NCBI GenBank assembly: GCA_963737155.1
Contig: CAVTRN010000002.1
Coordinates: 1,184,001 to 1,248,000 of the forward strand
DNA length: 64,000 bases
Direction: 5' to 3'
DNA from: Nitrospirota bacterium
Lineage (GTDB): Bacteria; Nitrospirota; UBA9217
Below are positions 1 through 9,629 of the stretch, in pieces (position 1 is the stretch's first letter; each line of letters starts with the position of its first letter). The notes beneath the pieces are model-generated. The model was not told where the DNA came from, searched no databases, and saw nothing but the letters and a program-made list of their open reading frames with translations. Both the position numbers and the translations under genes were made by a program.

Positions 1-34
1 TGGGTACGTTGTTACACAGAGAGTGGCTATTTTG

Positions 35-208
35 TCAAAAACAACCCAGTTGGCATGAATCAATTCTGATGTTCACATCATTGCAGATTGCCCCAATTTC
101 CTGCAGCGAGACTTTAAGTAACTGGGACAACTCATGGGCTTTTTCGCATGAGAGCCGATTGTTTTCCGAGGCCCTCTGTATCGCGTCGATGACTTTATCC
201 CGATCCAT
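35..208 (-). CDS. Small Cys-containing conserved hypothetical protein (57 aa, ends CQLGCF)
   Basis: ATG at 208 with a strong GAGGAGG RBS. LSCEKAH...IGAICN...IDSCQLGCF pattern resembles small proteins of anaerobes. Confidence 0.75.
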   Translation of the reverse strand: MDRDKVIDAIQRASENNRLSCEKAHELSQLLKVSLQEIGAICNDVNIRIDSCQLGCF

Positions 209-458
209 CCTTCCTCCTCGATCTCTAGAATAACTTCCAACGTATTTGAATTTGCTCCGGACTTGATCCCTGCCGTGGCCCTCTCCCTGAGGTGAGAAGG
301 ATTGACGTCTTCTACGCACAATCACCGTTCCGGCTTGAACTCTGGTCCGCGCATTCCCCCTGCTAGGCGCGAAGCGCCAGGAGGCGGGTCAAGCGGACTG
401 GTGTTGGTTTAAATTCCCGCTTAGATTCCTGTGTTTGCAATATTGCGTTGTGTAGTTG

Positions 459-467
459 TGCTATAAT
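459..467 (+). promoter_or_regulatory. Extended -10 promoter (TGcTATAAT), probably giving a leaderless tnpB mRNA
   Basis: TGCTATAAT lies 7 nt upstream of ATG 475, and there is no SD sequence. Confidence 0.6.
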
Positions 468-474
468 ATCTCGC

Positions 475-1950
475 ATGGCACCAGTAACAAGCGGAGTTAA
501 ATTCAGGGCTTATCCGACGGAGAAACAGCAAGAGAAACTGTCTCAGTGGCTCGGCTGCCAGCGTCTAATATACAACAGTAAAGTTTCAGAATCGCTGTAT
601 TTCTACACCTTCAGGAAACACTCCCTTTCTTTAACCGGTATACAGCTGCCAAACGATCAACAATACTCGCAGTTTAAGGATAAAGAGCTCACCCCGTTTT
701 TGTACGAGCTGCCTTCACAAGTACTCCGTAATGGCGCCGTCCGATTTATGGGCGCTCAACAGCGGTTTATCAAAGGGCTTGCCGAGCGTCCAACGTTCAA
801 GAAGAAGTCTGGTCGCCAGACTGTTTGGCTTACCAATGAACTGTTTCGTTTCAAGCCCACCGGCAAACGCAAAAGCAGCCACAAAACCAAGCAGGGTAAA
901 ACAATCTACGAGCACAAGCTGATGATCGGCACAAAAACACACAACCTCGGAGAATTGCGTTTTAAAGCGGATACGGGATACGATTTACCGATGACTATTA
1001 CAATTGCGCGGGATGCCGGTAAGTGGTTTGTCTCCTTCTCCTATGCAGCGTCTGATGACCTCAGTTTATCGGAATCCGATCTTATCGCCCGTTACTCAGC
1101 GATGAACGCCCAAAATCTCGATAAAATCACGATGGGCGTAGACCGTGGTGTCGCTATCCCTGCTGTAACAAGCGCCGATGAAAATCACGACTACACTGAC
1201 AATCAAAAAAACAACCTCGTTAAAAAAGAAGCCCGCCGGAAACGTTACCAGCGAGTAATGGCCCGCAGACAAAAAGGGTCAGGTCGCTGGAAGCGCGCAA
1301 ATATTAAAGTCTCAAGCTGCCATGCACATGCAGCCCATGTCCGCTTAGACTTCGCCCACAAAACCAGCCGAAAACTGGTTGATTCCGATGCAGAAATCAT
1401 CGTATTCGAGGACCTTAAAGTCAAGAACATGACCAAAGCGCCGGAACCTAAACCAGCAGATAACGGTACGGGTGCATATCTTCCCAACGGAGCTGTCGCC
1501 AAGGCAGGACTCAATAAAGCGATCCTCGAGTCCGCCTGGGGCAAAGTAAAGCTGTTCACCACGTACAAGGCCAAAAGAGCAAACAAACTCGTCATAGCCG
1601 TACCGCCGCACTGCACGTCGCAGGAGTGTTCGAAGTGTTCGCACACTCACCCGGGTAATCGCCAGTCTCAGGCGATATTCGAATGCCAATGCTGCGGATT
1701 TACAGCAAACGCCGACTTTAATGCATCCGTCTCTGTCAAAAACAGGGGTATCCGGATGCTGGTCGTCGGCGAGATTGCCATAAAGCAAACAAAGCGTGCC
1801 ATGCGGTTAAAGAAAAAGCAGCAACTAGGGCCGGAACGGTCCGAAGTCACGCGCGGGGAGATGGAAGTAAGACGCTCTGAGGGCACATGCTTTCAGGTCG
1901 CATCCGTCGGGAACCGTGAAACCCCCACTACAACCGTTCTTACGATTTAG
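475..1950 (+). CDS. tnpB: RNA-guided endonuclease TnpB (IS605 OrfB type)
   Basis: N-terminal KFRAYPT HTH; RuvC-I GVDRG; RuvC-II FEDLKV; zinc finger CSKC/CQCC; RuvC-III NADFNAS. Confidence 0.95.
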   Translation: MAPVTSGVKFRAYPTEKQQEKLSQWLGCQRLIYNSKVSESLYFYTFRKHSLSLTGIQLPNDQQYSQFKDKELTPFLYELPSQVLRNGAVRFMGAQQRFIKGLAERPTFKKKSGRQTVWLTNELFRFKPTGKRKSSHKTKQGKTIYEHKLMIGTKTHNLGELRFKADTGYDLPMTITIARDAGKWFVSFSYAASDDLSLSESDLIARYSAMNAQNLDKITMGVDRGVAIPAVTSADENHDYTDNQKNNLVKKEARRKRYQRVMARRQKGSGRWKRANIKVSSCHAHAAHVRLDFAHKTSRKLVDSDAEIIVFEDLKVKNMTKAPEPKPADNGTGAYLPNGAVAKAGLNKAILESAWGKVKLFTTYKAKRANKLVIAVPPHCTSQECSKCSHTHPGNRQSQAIFECQCCGFTANADFNASVSVKNRGIRMLVVGEIAIKQTKRAMRLKKKQQLGPERSEVTRGEMEVRRSEGTCFQVASVGNRETPTTTVLTI

Positions 1951-2131
1951 TGGCGGGAGAGTTCATAATGTATTATTGAGCTTTAGCAATATACAGATAT
2001 ATAATAGGAAGCGCAGGGGAATGCAACCATGCAGTTGGAGCAGACCCTGCTTCATAAAGGTACGCTGCGGTAGTTAAAGATGGATTGTTGCTCCGTCGTC
2101 TTTGCGGAGCGTTCCTTTATTGTTTCCTTTG

Positions 2132-2160
2132 TTGACTTGTCTCCACCGCTTGGATAAAAT
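2132..2160 (+). promoter_or_regulatory. sigma70 promoter for trxB
   Basis: TTGACT-17 nt-TAAAAT upstream of an AGGAGG RBS and ATG 2192. Confidence 0.65.
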
Positions 2161-2191
2161 GGACTAGATTCCCATCAAGGAGGAGAGCTGT

Positions 2192-3124
2192 ATGGCACAA
2201 GTGTTCGATGCAATTATCATCGGTTCAGGTCCGGCAGGACTTACAGCTGCGCTTTATCTCGGCAGAGCAGGTCAGAAGTGCGTAGTGCTCGAAAAGGATT
2301 TTGTCGGCGGTTATACCGCAAAGATTGCCCATATTGAGAACTATCCCGGCTATGAGACCATTAACGGCTTGGATCTTACACAGATTATGGCCAAACAGGC
2401 GGAGAAGTTCGGCGCGACAATCGTATATCCTGTGGAAGTGGTGGACATGGAACTGCAGGGAGAGCTCAAACGGGTGCGCACGCGCGAGGAGGTATACGAA
2501 TCCCCCGCCGTGGTCATTGCGATTGGCGTCGCGAGAAAGAAGCTTGAGGTCCCCGGTGCAAAAGAATTTCTTGGGAAAGGAGTATCCTACTGTGCCACCT
2601 GCGACGGAAATTTTTTCAAAGGGAGAAAAGTAGCCGTTATCGGATCGGACAATGAGGCTGCTGAAGAGGCGCTTCATTTGGCCGACTTGGCTGAGAAAGT
2701 AACGATGATCCCGCATCGGGAACTCGACGTCGTGACCGCAGTCAAAAACCGTCTCAAGTCGAAGCCGCACGTGGAAATCCTTGCTCAATCGAAGGTCCAT
2801 TCTGTCATCGGCGACGAGATTGTTACGGGAATCATAATATCCCGGGACGGCGTGGAGGAGATTCTCCCTTTGGATGGCGTATTTATCGCCATGGGTTCTA
2901 CGCCGATCTCGCAGCTGATTCTGCGGGCAGGAGGGCTGACGGATGACCGCGGTTGTCTCATCGTGGACAAACACCAGCGCATGAATCTTGAAGGGGTGTT
3001 CGCCGCCGGAGACTGCACCTGCGGCGGAATGCAGATTGTAGCTGCTGCGGGTGAGGGTTCGGTTGCGGGTATGCGGGCGGCATCATATGTGCGCAAGGTC
3101 AAAGCCAAGGCGGCGGGCAAATAA
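2192..3124 (+). CDS. trxB: Thioredoxin-disulfide reductase family FAD oxidoreductase
   Basis: GSGPAG FAD motif, GVSYCATCDG redox motif, VFAAGD. Confidence 0.85.
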   Translation: MAQVFDAIIIGSGPAGLTAALYLGRAGQKCVVLEKDFVGGYTAKIAHIENYPGYETINGLDLTQIMAKQAEKFGATIVYPVEVVDMELQGELKRVRTREEVYESPAVVIAIGVARKKLEVPGAKEFLGKGVSYCATCDGNFFKGRKVAVIGSDNEAAEEALHLADLAEKVTMIPHRELDVVTAVKNRLKSKPHVEILAQSKVHSVIGDEIVTGIIISRDGVEEILPLDGVFIAMGSTPISQLILRAGGLTDDRGCLIVDKHQRMNLEGVFAAGDCTCGGMQIVAAAGEGSVAGMRAASYVRKVKAKAAGK

Positions 3125-3175
3125 AAAAGCTGATCTTTACCACCTCAATCTCCGCGAGAACACAAGGCGGCATGA

Positions 3176-3229
3176 GCGGAACTCCACGGCGGGCGGTGAT
3201 TGAAGACCGAGAGTTCCGTTTTTATTTTT
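3176..3229 (+). terminator. Possible intrinsic terminator/attenuator between trxB and moeA
   Basis: GCGGAACTC/GAGTTCCGT stem followed by a T-rich tract. Confidence 0.4.
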
Positions 3230-3269
3230 GGAGTTGTCCCCGGGATTTGATAGTCACCATGGAGAATGC

Positions 3270-4550
3270 ATGACTATAAAAGATATGCTCGGCAGGAGTG
3301 GTGTCGTATCAAGCGCAGATGCACTCAAAATCCTGTATGAGCACCTCGTTCTTCCTGATCTTCCTCAGGAAGAAATTTTTATCAGCGCTGCGCTTGGACG
3401 AATTCTTGCGGAGGCCATATTTTCTCCTGTTGATCTTCCCGAGTTCGATCGCTCGACTATGGACGGCTATGCGGTCAGAAGCGTCGACACCTTCGGCGCA
3501 GCGGAATCTAGGCCTGCACTCCTTGCTGTGGTCGGCGACATCCTCATGGGAACCCTGCCCGATCGAGCAATTACAAAAGGCGAAACTATGAAAATCGCCA
3601 CAGGCGGAGCTCTTCCGGACGGCGCGGACGCCGTGGTAATGTTCGAGCAGACCCAGCCGATAAATACGGCAAGTATAGAGGTTGTCAAACCCGTTGCGCC
3701 GTTTGAAAATGTGGTGCAGAGGGGCGATGATATCAGAAAGGGAGAAGTCATCCTGAGCCGCAGGCATCGGATACGGCCGCAGGATATGTCTGCCCTTGCC
3801 TCGGTGGGGATCACGCGCATCAACGTCCTGAAGCGGCCGCGAATAGCGATCATTTCCACGGGAAACGAGATCGTTCCCGCGGATAGCGTTCCCGGACCTG
3901 GACAGATACGCGACAGCAATTCCTATAATCTTGAGGGTTTGATCTATCAGGCTGGGGGCTTGCCCGTAAAGAAAGGCATCATCCGTGATGAGTATGCCCT
4001 CCTTAGGGAAACACTGGGCGCGGCAATAAGTGACAGCGAACTGGTTCTGATGACTGGTGGTAGTTCGGTCGGTACTGCCGATTTGACTGCCAGGGTAATC
4101 AATGATGCGGGACAACCGGGAGTCCTTGTCCACGGGGTTTCCCTCAAACCGGGCAAGCCGCTCGTAGTCGGTCTCGTCGGCTCTTTGCATGGGCATGTTC
4201 CGGTTTTCGGATTGCCGGGACATCCTGCTGCGGTCAGCATCTGCTTCGAAGTCTTCGTGAAACCCCTTCTCGCCCGTATGTCCGGCGAAATTCCAAATCC
4301 CGCCCTGGAGGAAGTGCCTGTTTTTCGTACGGTCAAGGCACGTCTCGCGCGTAGCATTGCTTCGAGCCCCGGCCGCGAAGACCACGTTCGGGTTACTCTT
4401 GAAAAGCGGGAAGATGGTCTCTGGGCGCGGCCTGTTTTCGGAGCCTCGGGGCTCATCAGCACCCTGGTAAAGGCCGTAGGCACCGTCGTGATCCCGATCA
4501 ACAAGATCGGGATCGAGACGGGTGAGGAAGTGGAAGTGAGGTTGTTCTAG
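3270..4550 (+). CDS. moeA: Molybdopterin molybdotransferase MoeA
   Basis: FDRSTMDGYAV, IATGGALPDGADAV, STGNE, TGGSSVG, KPGKP, GLPGHP motifs. Start chosen at ATG 3270. Confidence 0.92.
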   Translation: MTIKDMLGRSGVVSSADALKILYEHLVLPDLPQEEIFISAALGRILAEAIFSPVDLPEFDRSTMDGYAVRSVDTFGAAESRPALLAVVGDILMGTLPDRAITKGETMKIATGGALPDGADAVVMFEQTQPINTASIEVVKPVAPFENVVQRGDDIRKGEVILSRRHRIRPQDMSALASVGITRINVLKRPRIAIISTGNEIVPADSVPGPGQIRDSNSYNLEGLIYQAGGLPVKKGIIRDEYALLRETLGAAISDSELVLMTGGSSVGTADLTARVINDAGQPGVLVHGVSLKPGKPLVVGLVGSLHGHVPVFGLPGHPAAVSICFEVFVKPLLARMSGEIPNPALEEVPVFRTVKARLARSIASSPGREDHVRVTLEKREDGLWARPVFGASGLISTLVKAVGTVVIPINKIGIETGEEVEVRLF

Positions 4551-4665
4551 CGGCATTTCCCCCAAGGACAAGCAGAGGATCCACCCTAAAAAAATACGAT
4601 TCACGACAATCACGACAATAATGAAGTTGACAACACATAGCCGTACTTTTTGAAACCGTCAATCT

Positions 4666-6594
4666 ATGCACAAACAAAAAAAATATCTAGACAATCAGCC
4701 GCTTTCCAACGCAATCCAAGGGTTTCGCGAAGCATTGATCGCAGCGGACGTCGGCGGACCACTTGCCGGAGAGCGCATGCTAGTTGACGATTCGCTTGGT
4801 CGGGTCACCTCGGAAGCCGTTATCGCGAAGATATCATCGCCCTTTTATCATTCTGCTGCTATGGATGGCGTCGCTGTCCGCTTCATCGATACCTTTGGCG
4901 CGTCCGAGATCAGGCCGAAGCGGCTTACTATGCCCGAACAGGCCATGTTTGTGGATACCGGTGACCCGATGCCCAACGGATATGATGCTGTGATCATGAT
5001 CGAGGATGTGGAAAAAATATCGGAGTCGGAGCTCGAGATCTTGAAACCGGCAACCCCCTGGCAGCACGTGCGTTTGGTCGGCGAAGATATCGTTGCCACC
5101 GAGCTTATTATCCCGGAAAACACCATCGTCCGTCCCGTTGATATGGCGGCGATGATCGCGTCCGGCCATACGTCCGTTATGGTCCGCCGCCGGCCCGTAG
5201 TCTCGATTATCCCCACGGGGACAGAGCTCGTTGAGCCAGGCAGCGCACTGAAAAAGGGTTGCATCATTGACTTTAATTCGGTGATGCTTTCAGCCATGGC
5301 TGTGGAGTGCGGTGCCAATGGGGTGCGAAAAAAAATCGTCAAGGATGATGTCGCACTGCTCGGGAAAACGATCATTGAAGCCCATGCTGAATCGGATATT
5401 GTCGTGATCAACGCCGGTTCATCGGCTGGCAGGGAAGACTTTACCGCCGATGTGATCGCCGGACTTGGTGACGTCGTTGTGCACGGAGTCAACATCAAAC
5501 CAGGCAAGCCTGTAATCCTTGGAATTGTACGAGGAAAGCCGGTTATTGGTATACCCGGCTATCCCGTGTCGGCGGCGCTCACCTTCAATCTATTTGTGAA
5601 ACCGCTCATATACTCCCTCCTTGGCATCACGCCCTCTAGTCTGGGAACGATAACGGCAAAACTCAGCAGGCAGGTAGCTTCTTCACTCGGCCAGGAGGAG
5701 TTCATCCGCGTGAAACTCGGTCGCGTTGGCGATAGCCTGGTCGTTACGCCCGTGAGTCGGGGAGCGGGCGCACTCATGTCACTTGTCCGTGCCGATGGCA
5801 TCATTCGCGTTCCTGCGGCGAACGAAGGGATCGCCGCGGGCCACGAGGTCATGGTGGAGCTTCTCCGGCCGAGTCGTGATATTGAGAAGACCATTGTTTG
5901 CATCGGCTCCCACGACAACGCACTGGACGTGCTCGGTAATTTTCTCAAGAAGAAACATGCGGAGTTTACGCTCTCATCGGCGCATGTGGGGAGCATGGGC
6001 GGACTATTGGCACTCAAACGTGGAGAAGCCCATCTGGCGGGAACGCATTTGCTCGACGAACAAACTGGTGAATACAATGTCGGTTATATTACAAAAATGC
6101 TTCCTGATGCCGGAACCATGCTCGTGAACCTGGTTTACCGCACCCAGGGTTTCATCGTGCCCAAAGGCAACCCAAAAAGCGTGAAAGGTTTTGAGGATCT
6201 TACACGCAGTGACGTATCGTTCGTGAATCGACAGGCGGGCGCGGGAACGCGACTCTTGACGGATCTCCACCTCAGGCGATTAAATATTGACCCGAGGAAT
6301 GTAAAAGGGTATGATCACGTGGAATACACTCATATGGCTGTGGCTGCTGCAGTTCTTTCCGGTGCGGCCGACACCGGGGTCGGCGTGCTCTCGGCGGCCC
6401 AGGCACTGGACCTGGATTTTATTCCGGTGGCGAGGGAGCGATATGATCTTGCGATCCCAAAACAGTTTTACGATACACCCATGCTGAAGGCGTTACTCTC
6501 CATTATCCGGGACGACAAAGCATTTCGCGATCAAATCGTAAGCATGGGCGGGTATGATGTTTCAGACATGGGGAAAATAATGGCCGTGCTTTAA
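4666..6594 (+). CDS. MoeA fused to a C-terminal periplasmic-binding-protein-like (molybdate/tungstate-binding) domain
   Basis: SAAMDG, KPGKP, PGYPVS MoeA motifs, then GSHD, GSMGGL, NRQAGAGTR, ERYDL PBP-domain motifs. Confidence 0.92.
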   Translation: MHKQKKYLDNQPLSNAIQGFREALIAADVGGPLAGERMLVDDSLGRVTSEAVIAKISSPFYHSAAMDGVAVRFIDTFGASEIRPKRLTMPEQAMFVDTGDPMPNGYDAVIMIEDVEKISESELEILKPATPWQHVRLVGEDIVATELIIPENTIVRPVDMAAMIASGHTSVMVRRRPVVSIIPTGTELVEPGSALKKGCIIDFNSVMLSAMAVECGANGVRKKIVKDDVALLGKTIIEAHAESDIVVINAGSSAGREDFTADVIAGLGDVVVHGVNIKPGKPVILGIVRGKPVIGIPGYPVSAALTFNLFVKPLIYSLLGITPSSLGTITAKLSRQVASSLGQEEFIRVKLGRVGDSLVVTPVSRGAGALMSLVRADGIIRVPAANEGIAAGHEVMVELLRPSRDIEKTIVCIGSHDNALDVLGNFLKKKHAEFTLSSAHVGSMGGLLALKRGEAHLAGTHLLDEQTGEYNVGYITKMLPDAGTMLVNLVYRTQGFIVPKGNPKSVKGFEDLTRSDVSFVNRQAGAGTRLLTDLHLRRLNIDPRNVKGYDHVEYTHMAVAAAVLSGAADTGVGVLSAAQALDLDFIPVARERYDLAIPKQFYDTPMLKALLSIIRDDKAFRDQIVSMGGYDVSDMGKIMAVL

Positions 6595-6609
6595 GCCTAC
6601 AAGCTTTCT

Positions 6610-6765
6610 GGCTGCGGAGGACGCAGAGGGAAAATAAAAAAATATAATTGACAACGCACATACGTTCGAACCTATATCGGCAAAAAAACAATGGTCGTAA
6701 GGTTTAAAAACCCCCATGGTATTTATTTAGTAAAGCATGTTTCTCTGCGACTTATGCGGTAAAAA
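6610..6765. repeat. Short intergenic CGCAGAG/CTCTGCG-type inverted repeat pair
   Basis: GCGGAGGACGCAGAG near 6614 and CTCTGCGACTTATGCGG near 6743. Related CACAGAG..CACAGAG units occur near 11191-11217. Confidence 0.4.
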
Positions 6766-6782
6766 AACAATCGGAGGTTTCA

Positions 6783-7499
6783 ATGTTAGCAATCAGCGCG
6801 GTGCCCGGACTGGGCACGGGAGTGCTCGGTCTCTTCGGCGAGACCGGCTGGGTCGGAAAGGGGATCGTTTTCATCCTGATGGGTTTCTCGGTTGTGTCCT
6901 GGGCCATGATCCTGCTCAAATATCAATTTTTGAGGAGAGCGGAAAAGGAGTCCCACGACTTTCTCCGTGAATTCCGGAAAACCAAGAATATCGATGCACT
7001 TACGCTGCACGCGGAAACGAAGAAATTCAGCCCACTCTCGACACTATTCCTCGAGGGCTACCGCGAAGCGGAGTCCATTCTCAAAACCCTGCCGGATGGA
7101 AAGGTGACGGATGAGGAGCGGCCGCTCATTTCCCAGGAGATCGAACGTTCTCTCAGGATCACGACGCAGGACGAGATCGTGTACATGGAACGCTATCTCG
7201 CCTTTCTCGGGACGACGGGAACTGTCGGTCCGCTCCTGGGGCTGTTTGGGACGGTATGGGGTATTATGGACGCCTTTTATGGCATCGGCCTCAAGGGGGC
7301 GGGCGACATCGGATCGTTGGCTCCGGGTCTTGCCGCAGCACTCATCAACACCGTTTCAGGCCTCTTTGTGGCGATTCCCGCCGTGATTGCTTATAACTAT
7401 TTTGCTGACAAGATCCGCGACATTGCCATACGGTGCGATTCGTTCTCTATGGAATTCCTGAGCTATCTTGAGCGAAACCTGCTTCGGAGGAAGCCATGA
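6783..7499 (+). CDS. tolQ: TolQ (MotA/TolQ/ExbB proton channel)
   Basis: FLGTTGTVGPLLGLFGTVWGIM and VAIPAVIAYNYF; first gene of a tolQRA cluster. Confidence 0.9.
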   Translation: MLAISAVPGLGTGVLGLFGETGWVGKGIVFILMGFSVVSWAMILLKYQFLRRAEKESHDFLREFRKTKNIDALTLHAETKKFSPLSTLFLEGYREAESILKTLPDGKVTDEERPLISQEIERSLRITTQDEIVYMERYLAFLGTTGTVGPLLGLFGTVWGIMDAFYGIGLKGAGDIGSLAPGLAAALINTVSGLFVAIPAVIAYNYFADKIRDIAIRCDSFSMEFLSYLERNLLRRKP

Positions 7500-7915
7500 G
7501 CTTTGAGCGACGGGAACGGCATATTATCCGTGAGCTGAACCTTGTCCCGCTCATCGACGTTCTGCTCACGATTCTTTTCTTTTACATGATTGTCTCGCCC
7601 ATGATGAGCAGGGGGTTGGATGTCAACCTGCCGAAATCCGCCGCCAACAGCATCAAACCCGAAGACCGCATTGTGCTTACGGTAACGCGGGGGCAGGAAC
7701 TTTTCGTCGAAAATGAACGGGTTGATATTTCCCGTCTTAAAAACGTGCTTGATGAGATCCGCAAATCCAAACCTTTGGTCAACGTCTATCTTCGCGCGGA
7801 CAAGAATGCACCCTACGGCGCTGTGGTACAGGTGATGGACGTGGTGAAACGCGCCGGTATTGACCGGCTCGGTATGGTGACAGAAGCTGCGCCGGGTGTC
7901 GAGACAGGCAAATGA
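7496..7915 (+). CDS. tolR: TolR (ExbD/TolR family)
   Basis: LNLVPLIDVLL, LRADKNAPYG; overlaps tolQ. Confidence 0.9.
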   Translation: MSFERRERHIIRELNLVPLIDVLLTILFFYMIVSPMMSRGLDVNLPKSAANSIKPEDRIVLTVTRGQELFVENERVDISRLKNVLDEIRKSKPLVNVYLRADKNAPYGAVVQVMDVVKRAGIDRLGMVTEAAPGVETGK

Positions 7916-8697
7916 GGCCTCCCCTTGGCAGGAAGTTCGACCAATCCGAGAACGAGCTGGTGCTTGCCATCTTTTTTTCTTTTTTTCTGCATGCCGCTCT
8001 TCTTGCGCTCGCGCTTTTCATCATATTTGCTATAAATCCGAAGATATATGTTCCGCCTGTTTATGAGGTCAGGCTAGTGGGACCGCCCTCCCATGCATCG
8101 CCAGCCACCTCATCGGTGGCAGCGGCCGCGCCGACTCCGCCAAAGCCGGAAGCTGCACCGGTAGGGGAGAAGCCTGTGCAGCTGACGAAAAAGGCTCCGG
8201 CGCAGCCTGAAAAGGTATTGCCGAAGAAAGAAGCATTGCCGGCCTTCTCGCCGATGAAGCCGAAGGTTCCCCCAAAAACAGCGGCAAAGACGACAGAAAA
8301 ACCGACAGCGAAACCTGTAGCACCTACAGCCCCTGCAGCACCGGTTGCCTCTGCGTCTTCGCCTATGGGAACGTCGGGGGGAAAGACTGAGGCGGTCGCG
8401 GTGAGTTCCTCGTCGGAGGGACTCAAATTATCGCCCTACCTCGGCCTCGTCCGCGACAAAATTCAGCAGTACTGGAATCCGCCTCCGGGACTTTCGGGGA
8501 AGAAGGCAAAAGTCGAATTTACCGTTCTGCGATCGGGTAGAGTGGGCGAAACGAATCTCATGGCATCGAGTGGCAATTTTTATTTCGACCAGGCGGCGAC
8601 GCGCGCCATCCTGATGTCGAGCCCCTTTCCGCCCATGCCGGAAGACTTTTACAAGGAATATGCTGTGTTCACCGTCGATTTGCAGGAAAGCGAGTAG
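7912..8697 (+). CDS. tolA: TolA/TonB-like energy transducer
   Basis: N-terminal TM with SxxxH, Pro/Ala/Lys-rich linker, TonB_2-type C-terminus (SSGNFYFDQAATRAI). Confidence 0.8.
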   Translation: MRPPLGRKFDQSENELVLAIFFSFFLHAALLALALFIIFAINPKIYVPPVYEVRLVGPPSHASPATSSVAAAAPTPPKPEAAPVGEKPVQLTKKAPAQPEKVLPKKEALPAFSPMKPKVPPKTAAKTTEKPTAKPVAPTAPAAPVASASSPMGTSGGKTEAVAVSSSSEGLKLSPYLGLVRDKIQQYWNPPPGLSGKKAKVEFTVLRSGRVGETNLMASSGNFYFDQAATRAILMSSPFPPMPEDFYKEYAVFTVDLQESE

Positions 8698-8739
8698 GGT
8701 TGATGGTCAAGGGGGAACGGGTACAGAGGGTTGGATTTG

Positions 8740-9570
8740 ATCATTTTTTTATTTTAAAAGATAGCTTAGTATGATAATTTGATGTGTCGAAGGGCTAGTC
8801 GGCTTCAAAAACAGTTACTGAGATTGATTCTGGTCTTAACGGTCACAGGTCGAAACTTATGAAGCTGCTCGCCGACCTCAGTGTTGGTGTTATTGTTGTG
8901 GAACATCTGACAGGCTTATGCGCTTTGAGTCTGTGTACGTGGAAGCGGCACGAAGGCCCAAGGATGGTAGCTTGTTATTGTGGGCCAGTCGAAGTCCAAG
9001 GATGATCTCGTGTAAGACAGAAGAGAAGTATTGAGTCATACTGCACAAGACTCTGTGACCGCAGGGCAGAAACGAATAAGGCGAAGAAAGAGATCGAGGC
9101 GATGGAACATGGCAAATTGTAAGAAGAACAAAAAGGTCGGTAAAGGTTATGGGCAATCGTTCACCTCTCATGCTTTTTTGAGGTTTTGCTCGTTTTTTGA
9201 TGCGCAGGGCACTTTCTACGATGCGCTTAACGATATCGGGGACCTGTATGGTCTCATTAAACGTTTCCTTCTCAAGGATGTTGTTAGCTCTGTACAGGGA
9301 AACGGAACTTGTCATCACGAACTCTATAGAAAACGATCCGAACAGGATTTCCCAAGCTACACTGAATTGCAGAAGAAGTCATCATCAGCGCAATTTTCAT
9401 GGCCACCAACCAAAACACCGACAAGGCGCCGGGAGAGTCATCATTACCAAGAAACCTTAAATATGGAGCTTGGGCGAATTAGGGTGCGAATCTATGACGT
9501 TACTCGGCAGCAGCACTGTTCGGCTGCCGCCATAGCTTGTAGCAATAAAATGCCATGTTATCAGGAACAT
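8740..9570 (+). mobile_element. Decayed, internally deleted IS607-family element between tolA and tolB
   Basis: Frameshifted tnpA C-terminus (SGLNGHRSKLMKLLAD...DRLMRF...NKAKKEIEAMEHGK). tnpB N-terminus (LNDIGDLYGLIKRFLLKD) is joined directly to the tnpB tail. Right end matches the copy at 21838-21960. Confidence 0.85.
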
Positions 9571-9629
9571 TCCTATTTTGAGCCGATATCCCTCATATTC
9601 CCTATCCGAAGTAGCCAGGTTATCATACG

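Larger units (their letters stand above)
413..1965 (+). mobile_element. IS200/IS605-family (IS1341-like) element carrying only tnpB
   Basis: tnpB without an adjacent tnpA. Right end has hairpin CCCCCACTA...TAGTGGCGGG followed by TTCA (1962-1965). Left boundary is tentative, placed after TTTAA (408-412). Confidence 0.65.

Noticed and set aside
209-410. Possible Moco/tungsten riboswitch upstream of the small Cys protein
   Set aside because: The hairpins resemble dispersed REP-like palindromes (CCCTCTCCC..GAGAAGG, also near 19600; GGATCAAGTCCGG), and I see no Moco-motif core.
1966-1987. TnpB guide matching the IS607 tnpA start region (TAATGTATT, minus strand ~24083-24091)
   Set aside because: Only 9 contiguous AT-rich bases match, which is plausible by chance, and the adjacent bases do not fit the proposed TAM.
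3309-4613. Long antisense ORFs (e.g. 434 aa opposite moeA, 249 aa opposite trxB)
   Set aside because: These are shadow frames of well-supported genes with no recognisable motifs.
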